Origin: Minisyncoccota bacterium
GTDB lineage: Bacteria > Patescibacteriota > Minisyncoccia > UBA6257 > JAGOQP01
Assembly: GCA_041661795.1 (NCBI GenBank)
Contig: JBAZTS010000001.1
Location: forward strand, 39,459 to 103,458
Length of the DNA stretch: 64,000 nucleotides
Direction of reading: 5' to 3'
The translations under genes were made by a program, and so were the position numbers. This document shows positions 56,925-64,000 of the stretch, one piece after another. The number at the start of each line of letters is the position of its first letter. The stretch's first letter is position 1. Under the pieces are notes generated by a model. The model was not told the DNA's origin. It saw nothing but the letters and a program-made list of their open reading frames with translations, and searched no databases.

Positions 56925-58226
56925 TTAGAATTGTGCAACCGCTGTATAGATTAAAATAGCTGAATAATTACCACCTTCCGTATTATTTGAAATATTACTC
57001 AAATAACGAACAGAATAAGTATTGGCAACGTCATTTCCATTAGAATCCGAAGCAACTTCATCCGGAAAATTAGCCGTATCAAAAACAAATCCCGAAGCCA
57101 GATAAGGAGCACTGACTGTTCCGTCGCCTCCAGAAGTTGTCATCCTTAATCCAAATTGTTCATTTCCAACAGAAGGAGAGGAATTGGTTCCTCCTATAGC
57201 GCTTATAGTTCTTGTCCCGTAAGTAAGAGTTGTTCCATTTATAGTTATTACATATCCATTAGTGGCATTGGTAGAAGCTATAATATTATGAGCTTCAACT
57301 TCCGTGCCGTTTCCGTTTCCGTCTCCCGTGGCATAACTGGAAGCTGAAGATAAAATATTTCCAAAGCCGATTGTGTTATCGGAAATGCTAAAAGAAAGTG
57401 TTTGAGCTCCACTAGCTATAATGGCTTTGGCGTATCTGGTATAAACAAAATCGGTAGGAGAACTGGCATTGGTAACTCTAAAACAATAAATTGCCCCATC
57501 GGTTGCGGCGCTAAGCGCTTGAATGGCATATTCTATTTCAACAAATTGATTACTGGAAACACTCAAAGATCCGGTTTGACTTGTTGTTTCTCTTTGTCCT
57601 CCATTAGGAGATAAAAATAAATTATTGGAATTGCTAACTCCTCCAGTTGAAACAGCAACATTGGTTGTGTCAGATGTATCAGTTAATTGAGAAGAAGACA
57701 TATCAAAGTCTCCTCCCACAGCTCCAATGTCAGTGTAAGAAGCCGAGGAACAATTTCCTCCTTCCAAAGCATATTCCAAACGAAATTGCTGTGAAGTATA
57801 ACTTTTTATGGTTCCACCGGTATTGGCAATTTCCATTCTTAATCTCTTTGCTGTCAGTTTTGGAAAATCTGTAAAGGTTGTGTCTTCCGATCCACCAGTT
57901 GCCGAAGTTGCCACTGATTCATTGCCATCATCATTACGCCAATGAAAATGAGTTTGTTCATAAACGGGTCTTATGGAAATTATTGAGGATGGCAAGTTTC
58001 CTCCTTTTATTAAAAAACTGCTACTAGTTGAAATTCCCGCTCCCACTCCCCCGCTGGTTGCTTTATTTTTGAAAGTAGTTGAGGTTGACGAACCTCCGAT
58101 AAAATCTATTAACTGTCTTACAAAAAAACTAGTGGAGGTAGCGTCCAGAGCTACAACATTATTGGAAAAAATAGAAAAACACAGAATGGTAAAAATGGCG
58201 CTTAATTTTATTATTCTGTTAGTCAT
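56925..58226 (-). CDS. secreted surface subunit, paralogous C-terminal domain
   Basis: Last ~155 aa align without gaps to 55683-56807; ends GGNYSAILIYTAVAQF. Confidence 0.7.
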   Translation of the reverse strand: MTNRIIKLSAIFTILCFSIFSNNVVALDATSTSFFVRQLIDFIGGSSTSTTFKNKATSGGVGAGISTSSSFLIKGGNLPSSIISIRPVYEQTHFHWRNDDGNESVATSATGGSEDTTFTDFPKLTAKRLRMEIANTGGTIKSYTSQQFRLEYALEGGNCSSASYTDIGAVGGDFDMSSSQLTDTSDTTNVAVSTGGVSNSNNLFLSPNGGQRETTSQTGSLSVSSNQFVEIEYAIQALSAATDGAIYCFRVTNASSPTDFVYTRYAKAIIASGAQTLSFSISDNTIGFGNILSSASSYATGDGNGNGTEVEAHNIIASTNATNGYVITINGTTLTYGTRTISAIGGTNSSPSVGNEQFGLRMTTSGGDGTVSAPYLASGFVFDTANFPDEVASDSNGNDVANTYSVRYLSNISNNTEGGNYSAILIYTAVAQF

Positions 58227-58704
58227 TTTTGTTTAGGATTTTGGCCATTTCCGATAAATTATCAATAATTTCCCAATAGATTACCGACTTGTTTTTGACT
58301 GTTATTGAATCGTCCTGTTTTGCTAAAAAGAATTTTCCTTCGGTATTGGATGGTGTTTTAACTGTAAAATTCTGGGAAACACCCTTAATATCTTGATTTT
58401 CAACTTTATCTTCCGTTTTTATAAATTTATCAAGGACATAGACATCTTTTAATTCAAAAGCGGTCAAGCCGATTGAAGAAATATGACCATATAGAGTTCC
58501 CCCATCATCCAAATAAACCGCCACCCATTGGCTGGGAATATTGGTTCTATAGCTTAATAAACTCCCTTTTTCCGGAAAAATAAATATCAAAGACAAAAGA
58601 GAGAGAAAAACAACTAACAGCAAAAAAATAAAAAAGAAAATAAGCCGTTTTCCTCTTTTTTCCAGAACATCATAATCAATAACTTTTAATTTTGTTTCCA
58701 TCAT
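58219..58704 (-). CDS. hypothetical single-TM protein
   Basis: WVAVYL..G..LYG motif; overlaps both neighbours. Confidence 0.7.
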   Translation of the reverse strand: MMETKLKVIDYDVLEKRGKRLIFFFIFLLLVVFLSLLSLIFIFPEKGSLLSYRTNIPSQWVAVYLDDGGTLYGHISSIGLTAFELKDVYVLDKFIKTEDKVENQDIKGVSQNFTVKTPSNTEGKFFLAKQDDSITVKNKSVIYWEIIDNLSEMAKILNKND

Positions 58705-59195
58705 CTTGGATTATACCAAATTCCCGTCTCGTTTTGGTCAGCAATAATAAAATAATAATTTCCGGGTAAAAGTAAATTTTTTATCTTTGAGTTTAGTGAA
58801 AAAGAAAAAGTTTTTTCCTCAAAACATTTTTCTGATTTATTTATAACCGCCCGAGAAGGGTCGGCTCTGTAATCGTCAGCGCTGGAAAAAACAATAAAAG
58901 CATAATAATTCCCTTCGCACTTATCGTTTATAATGATATCCAAATCTACTTCTTTTTGATTATTAACAAAGAATTTTCTAAAAGAATCTGGAGAGGGATA
59001 GTTCTTTAATGGAGAATCGGATGGAATATTGTTGGAACTTTGATTTTTAATACCAGAGTTTTCAACCAAAGGAAGGTTAGATTCTTTTTTTCCGTCAAAA
59101 AAATAAAAAACGGACGTTATCACTAAGATAATAAAAGCAAAGAAAGCAATTCTATAGATTTTTTTGATAACCTGATTATCATCCATTTCTGTCAA
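58701..59195 (-). CDS. hypothetical single-TM protein
   Basis: Operon packing; N-terminal TM. Confidence 0.65.
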   Translation of the reverse strand: MTEMDDNQVIKKIYRIAFFAFIILVITSVFYFFDGKKESNLPLVENSGIKNQSSNNIPSDSPLKNYPSPDSFRKFFVNNQKEVDLDIIINDKCEGNYYAFIVFSSADDYRADPSRAVINKSEKCFEEKTFSFSLNSKIKNLLLPGNYYFIIADQNETGIWYNPR

Positions 59196-59711
59196 TTAAT
59201 ATTCCTTAATCACTTTCAATTCAACCAACATATCCGAAACCACATTCCAGTAATGTTGCTGGGCAAATTGTCTAGCTTCCTCTGATTTTTTATCCCAAGG
59301 AGGGTTAAAAAAGACCGCCATTTTATCAACATTGAAATTTGATTTTATCGGATAGTGGTCAAGTTTGTTAGCCACTCTCCAATCCTTGTTAAAATACATC
59401 CAAGTAGCTTCTGATAATACACGGGTGTGGGTAGGGTCTTGCCAAGCCCGTATAGAAGTATAATAAGGTCCGAGTATGGTTATCTTGGCATCATGAGTGC
59501 AAATACGCCAAATTTCATCCATAAATTTCATTAAGTCCTTGGTATGTTCAGCATAATGACTGACATAGACCTCTTCAACCGAATTGTCTTTTATCGGCCC
59601 CCAGGGATATTTTTCCAAATCCCAAACAATATCCACCCCCGGTCCAGGAGCGATATCAATTCCGGTAAATCCTTTTTGCTTATTTTGCCCGCAGGCGATA
59701 TCAAGTTTCAT
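59196..59711 (-). CDS. SAM-dependent methyltransferase (type 11-like)
   Basis: KLDIACG, GIDI, SHYAEH, EIWRI and QDPTH. Confidence 0.85.
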   Translation of the reverse strand: MKLDIACGQNKQKGFTGIDIAPGPGVDIVWDLEKYPWGPIKDNSVEEVYVSHYAEHTKDLMKFMDEIWRICTHDAKITILGPYYTSIRAWQDPTHTRVLSEATWMYFNKDWRVANKLDHYPIKSNFNVDKMAVFFNPPWDKKSEEARQFAQQHYWNVVSDMLVELKVIKEY

Positions 59712-59722
59712 AATTTTTGCTT

Positions 59723-59947
59723 TTAAATATTATCTGATTTTTTCCATTTTTTATATCCTCTAATAGAAAGATAGGCAAATATTATATTAACCAAAAACAA
59801 TCCCCACAATGACAATCTATAATACAAATACATAGAAATAATTTGAGCCAATAAATAAGCTATCCAACCAATTTTTTTCTTTTCACTTAATAAGTAAACG
59901 GCTACCAAAGCCACTATCGCTATCACCCAAGATAAATAATCATTCAT
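59723..59947 (-). CDS. small three-TM PnuC-like half-transporter
   Basis: 74 aa, three TM helices, KKKIGW and GYKKW motifs. Confidence 0.55.
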   Translation of the reverse strand: MNDYLSWVIAIVALVAVYLLSEKKKIGWIAYLLAQIISMYLYYRLSLWGLFLVNIIFAYLSIRGYKKWKKSDNI

Positions 59948-59965
59948 AATTCTATCTCCTATTTA

Positions 59966-60916
59966 TTAATTATTAATTACATAATCATAAACTGCCTCAG
60001 AAATTTCTGACATAAATTCAGCCGCTTTTTGTTCATCGCCTCCATTTGAACCAAGACACAAAATATAATGCCGGTTCGGGGCATAGACAATGCCACAATC
60101 GGAAAAGGTTTCGTTTGGCACGGAAACTCCAATTTTGTGCGAAACCACAATATTCTCAGGTACGCCAGCAACTATCTTATCATTAAAAGGACTGTTGCTC
60201 AAAAAAGTAAGTATTTTGTTTGAATTTTCCGCATTGATGTATTCAGCATTATAAAGAGAAATAAACATATTAGAAAGGGTTTTTAAATTGATTTCCTGAT
60301 AATTTAATGTTTCTCCTATTCCAGGGAAAATATCCCAACCCATAAAGGCATAGACATCGTTAAAGGGGTCGTTTATGCCGATATTTTTTAAAACATCACC
60401 TAGTGCATCTGCCGCCGTATTATCCGACTGCTCCAGCATAATTTTTATTAATTCCTCAATAGTGAATTCTTTGTCGGGACCAACTTTGTAAAGTTCACCG
60501 AAATTTTCGTCCATATTTAATTCTTCAAGTGAATATCTGTCTTCCAAGTTGAATTTTCTTTCCTCAGCGGCTTTATAAATACTCATCGCCAAGGGTACTT
60601 TTATCATGCTAGCAGCTACAAATAATTCTCTCTCATTCAACCCCGTCCAACTTGCATTGTTTAGATAATCAAAATAAATGTAGGTCTTCTGCGGATATTT
60701 ATTTTGGATTTTTATGAGCTCTTTTTTAAGGGGTCCGAAGTTGATAATGAAATGTTTATTTAAATTTGAAGTAACTGCCAGATTTATGAATTGAAATTCA
60801 GAAGGAGATGAGGACGAAGAAAAAGGTAAGATTCTTGAAGCAAAAATTCCGGTGATTATCCCGATTCCCAAAAGTACCATTCCCAAAAATATTAAAACAA
60901 GTCTCTGTTTGTTCAT
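59966..60916 (-). CDS. class A beta-lactamase-like serine hydrolase
   Basis: SMIK (SxxK), SDN and HKIG motifs; N-terminal TM. Confidence 0.85.
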   Translation of the reverse strand: MNKQRLVLIFLGMVLLGIGIITGIFASRILPFSSSSSPSEFQFINLAVTSNLNKHFIINFGPLKKELIKIQNKYPQKTYIYFDYLNNASWTGLNERELFVAASMIKVPLAMSIYKAAEERKFNLEDRYSLEELNMDENFGELYKVGPDKEFTIEELIKIMLEQSDNTAADALGDVLKNIGINDPFNDVYAFMGWDIFPGIGETLNYQEINLKTLSNMFISLYNAEYINAENSNKILTFLSNSPFNDKIVAGVPENIVVSHKIGVSVPNETFSDCGIVYAPNRHYILCLGSNGGDEQKAAEFMSEISEAVYDYVINN

Positions 60917-60926
60917 ATGTTAAAAC

Positions 60927-61652
60927 CTACCATACTATGTCTTGTTCAAAAGAGTAATGTCCGACTTTTACGCGCGTATCACAAGCAACCTTATAGCTAA
61001 GTTTTTTGATTTTTTCAAAGAAATAAAGATCTTGGGTGTAAACTTTACAACCCTTTTGAGAATCCCATTCCTGACAGGTTTTAAACCACGGTTTCTCAAT
61101 TTTAACATCTTTAAATAAATCTAATTTGAAAAGGGTAAAACCCATACCTAATCCGTTGCATTCTTGAATATCTTTAACCGGCATTTGAGGCCGAAAATTA
61201 AGTTCCTTGTCCTCGGGATCACCGTAAATCATTGGCTGACCACCTTCACCCTTGGTCCAATAGAGACCACCAAGTGCAGCGTAATCATCAATATTTTCAT
61301 AAAGTTTTATTAATCCGTCGGGTGGCGGGATATTGTCCTCTTCAAGGGTGAGAACATATTTCCAGTTAGAAAGATCCGGATTGTCGAGAATAGTTTCGAT
61401 AGCGGCATTATAGGCCTCGCCCACTTCCATACCAATCATAAAAATCCGAGTAAATTTTTGATTCATCGGAGCAATTAATCCCATCCAAGCTTGTGTTACT
61501 TTTGCCGAAATCAGACCTCTCGTCGGCACAATGCAAATAGTGGACAAGTCGCGATAACCCTTGCCTTTTTCCAGTCGTTCAACGCTCTGTAAAATATTGG
61601 CGTTATTAACGCCTTGAGGATTATAATTTTCTATAACAATTTGCGGTTTCAT
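60927..61652 (-). CDS. GT-A fold glycosyltransferase-like protein
   Basis: VPTRG, LEED (DxD-like), GMGFTL, PWF, QDLYF and DTRVKVGH. Confidence 0.7.
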   Translation of the reverse strand: MKPQIVIENYNPQGVNNANILQSVERLEKGKGYRDLSTICIVPTRGLISAKVTQAWMGLIAPMNQKFTRIFMIGMEVGEAYNAAIETILDNPDLSNWKYVLTLEEDNIPPPDGLIKLYENIDDYAALGGLYWTKGEGGQPMIYGDPEDKELNFRPQMPVKDIQECNGLGMGFTLFKLDLFKDVKIEKPWFKTCQEWDSQKGCKVYTQDLYFFEKIKKLSYKVACDTRVKVGHYSFEQDIVW

Positions 61653-61675
61653 ATTTATAAATTTTATTGATTCGT

Positions 61676-63271
61676 TTATTGGGTAACACTCAACATATAA
61701 ATAACAGGGACTGGTGATGATATTGCTCTGGCTATTTGGGTCATTGATACTGCAACCGGCAAGGCACCCGAAGTGACGCTATAACTTCCAAGACCAATAT
61801 TGCGTCCAATATTAAAAGCTGAAACATTGCTAGTCGCCACACCGATAGCCGCGTTTGTCAAATTCGTGATACCAACGTAGCTCACAGAAAGAGCGTTGGC
61901 AATTGCACCACCCGCTGAAGAACTGCTGTTTCTGATAGCAAACCAATATTCTCCAGGCGTTAATGTTGTGTTCCATGGCATAATAAATTCTCTGTTACTG
62001 TGGATTAAAGAGGATAAGGCGATACCGTTCGTAGAAGTAGAGGCGGTCGTGTTGTATGAAGTGCTGTTACCAACGGCCGTTATCATACTTAAAGCCATAG
62101 AAGTGTTGGAATTCCATGATGCCGCCAAGGTATAACTTGTTGAATAGTGTTGTGTTAAAATAGTACTGTTTGTTGCGTGTCTTGTATAAACACCAAAATT
62201 GGCCGTAAATCCAACCTGACGGCTGGCACTCGTATTGGAAGAAGCCAAAATTGACACGGGCATTTTTATAACCGAAGCCACGATATTAGCATTTATAATT
62301 TCAGGAAAAAAATAAACACTGTTCTGCCCTAATGATGTCACCGTTGATGCTCCAGCTAATTTTTTTCCGAGCACGGTCGAATAATAACTTTGAGCTGCTC
62401 CACCAGCGAACGTAGCGGTTGCGGTTATTGTATTTCCGTTAATTCCAAAAGAAACGTTATTTGAATTTGAAAAGTTAATAGTGCCTGAAGTCGCAGCTGT
62501 TCCAGAGTTGGCATTAATAGCCGAAATGATAGCCGCTGGATTGCTAATCGCTTGGATAGCGCTGTTCTCACAAATTAAAGCCCGAGTATTCCCCGAGTTA
62601 TACCAGATTGCTCCATTATCAGAACAAGCTCCGCCAATAGTATCAGCAACAGTTTTGACATCCAAAGACAAAAGTATTTGTCCCGAAACCACTCCCCATC
62701 CGGTTCCTATTTGAACTTTGTTAGTAGAGGTTCCGGTTCTAAGAAGATCGCCATAAACATTAGCTGATGATATTGAAAACCCGGAAGCCGTGATTTGCTC
62801 TCTTGGAGTAAGAGGTTCCCAAGACCCGGAACATGTTGTAGCTACATTATTGACTTCAACATTAAGATAAGCGGTGCTGGTTGAAAAGAAATCAAATGTT
62901 AAAGATTCCGCTCTTCCTACTTGATCGTTAAAAACTCCATCAGTTACGGTAGTGGTTGAATTAACCGGAGTTCCTGATGGCCATAATTTATTACCCGCAG
63001 AAACAGCGTCATATATAGAATACCTAAGACAATAATTAGTTCCGGTACCTCCTAAACGATTTCCGGAGCTGTCTGTTAATACTCCCTGATAGGACATTAA
63101 TTTAGGAATACCTGCCGCTGACTTGGCCTCTGGCATTTCAAAAACTCTCCCGGCAAAAGAAAGATAAAGAAAAAATGTGAAAATCGCCTCAATCGTCAAA
63201 ACAATCATCAATATAAGACGATTCTTATTTTTTGGCTTATTTATTTTTACTCCGTTTAAACTTATGGACAT
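61676..63271 (-). CDS. membrane-anchored Ser/Thr-rich fibre-like surface protein
   Basis: TM, then P.LMSYQG.LTD.SG...YSIYDA...G..LW head domain, then Ser/Thr/Asn-rich beta region. Confidence 0.7.
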   Translation of the reverse strand: MSISLNGVKINKPKNKNRLILMIVLTIEAIFTFFLYLSFAGRVFEMPEAKSAAGIPKLMSYQGVLTDSSGNRLGGTGTNYCLRYSIYDAVSAGNKLWPSGTPVNSTTTVTDGVFNDQVGRAESLTFDFFSTSTAYLNVEVNNVATTCSGSWEPLTPREQITASGFSISSANVYGDLLRTGTSTNKVQIGTGWGVVSGQILLSLDVKTVADTIGGACSDNGAIWYNSGNTRALICENSAIQAISNPAAIISAINANSGTAATSGTINFSNSNNVSFGINGNTITATATFAGGAAQSYYSTVLGKKLAGASTVTSLGQNSVYFFPEIINANIVASVIKMPVSILASSNTSASRQVGFTANFGVYTRHATNSTILTQHYSTSYTLAASWNSNTSMALSMITAVGNSTSYNTTASTSTNGIALSSLIHSNREFIMPWNTTLTPGEYWFAIRNSSSSAGGAIANALSVSYVGITNLTNAAIGVATSNVSAFNIGRNIGLGSYSVTSGALPVAVSMTQIARAISSPVPVIYMLSVTQ

Positions 63272-63272
63272 A

Positions 63273-63908
63273 CTAAAGAGAAAGTGAATTTATGGTTTTA
63301 TCAACTTGCAGATATGATTCTTTAAATATTTTTTCCATTTGTTTTTTATCGGGAAGAGAGTTATCTCCAAAATGAGCATTGTAATGAACTTTTAATTCTA
63401 TGGGAGCGGTGATTTTCAAAAAATATCCGTCCATTCTTTTAGCGTTTTTATAAGAAACAGTCCACTGCCATCCAAAATCAAGCAAGTCAGAACCCATCGT
63501 AGTCAGACCATCGGGAGATATTTTTTCAAAAGCTCCTTTAATATCCAAAACATTTCCAAACTGATAATAAATATCAAAATTAAATCCAAATCCGCTAAGA
63601 GCAGTTTTTTGTGGAAATAATTTGGAATATACTTCATAAACTTTTTCTATCAGAATTGATTCTTCGGGTTCTTTTGATGATTCATCTTCTATTCTTAATC
63701 GTTGTCCTTCAAGAACTACTTGTAATTGAAGCTGAGGCACTCTTAAAATTTTCGACTGAATAACGGGGTCATCAAGAAAATTCATTCCTTTGCTTAGTTC
63801 TCCGGAAAACAAGTTAGAAAATTTTTCATTATCCGGTAGATCCGTTCCTTGGGGGAAAGCCAAAACGCAGTTAACGCTATGCAGTGATTTGGATGTAAAT
63901 AGAGGCAT
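63273..63908 (-). CDS. hypothetical protein
   Basis: 211-aa ORF ending 1 nt before the next start; GFGFNF motif. Confidence 0.65.
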   Translation of the reverse strand: MPLFTSKSLHSVNCVLAFPQGTDLPDNEKFSNLFSGELSKGMNFLDDPVIQSKILRVPQLQLQVVLEGQRLRIEDESSKEPEESILIEKVYEVYSKLFPQKTALSGFGFNFDIYYQFGNVLDIKGAFEKISPDGLTTMGSDLLDFGWQWTVSYKNAKRMDGYFLKITAPIELKVHYNAHFGDNSLPDKKQMEKIFKESYLQVDKTINSLSL

Positions 63909-64000
63909 TTTATTTTTGGGTAATAATTATTGGATAAATAGGAGTAGCCGGAATCCAAGGACCAGTTTCTTTTTGACTTCCGATCATCAAGTAGTAGGTA

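Noticed and set aside
59966-60916. Functional antibiotic-resistance beta-lactamase
   Set aside because: SxxK, SDN and K(T/I)G motifs are present, but no clear omega-loop ExxLN; better called a PBP-like serine hydrolase
59196-63908. Prophage
   Set aside because: No integrase, terminase, capsid or portal genes; the genes are co-oriented with a host-type surface operon

Overview
AT-rich bacterial chromosome segment read with genetic code 11 (TGA is used as a stop). Gene content, compact intergenics, few Shine-Dalgarno sites and many leaderless-type TGnTAnAAT promoters suggest a Patescibacteria/CPR (Parcubacteria-like) genome; this taxonomy is inference. Housekeeping blocks are gltX-murG-ftsW, serS-tsaC-dus, obgE, grpE-dnaK-dnaJ, corA-cysS-dnaB-recR and rplU, plus tRNA-Asn and tRNA-Lys. 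There is an RNA-chaperone cluster (17.4-22.8 kb) and a large cell-surface operon (50.9-63.3 kb). The most striking feature is an integron-like but non-attC cassette array at about 25.3-32.45 kb, just upstream of tRNA-Asn. Seven copies of a ~27-31 bp site (GCTCCGACTGATAGACGACATTAGAACnTGT) separate six roughly single-gene intervals. The sites combine interchangeable left and right arms joined at GCT(CC), vary in a codon-conservative way, and some left arms carry the promoter for the next gene. No recombinase is encoded in the window. Also present are a 290-bp GIY-YIG mini-element with terminal inverted repeats and a TAAA duplication, 20-32 nt palindromic inserts (in cassette sites and in-frame in proteins), MITE-like hairpins and heptamer repeat tracts.
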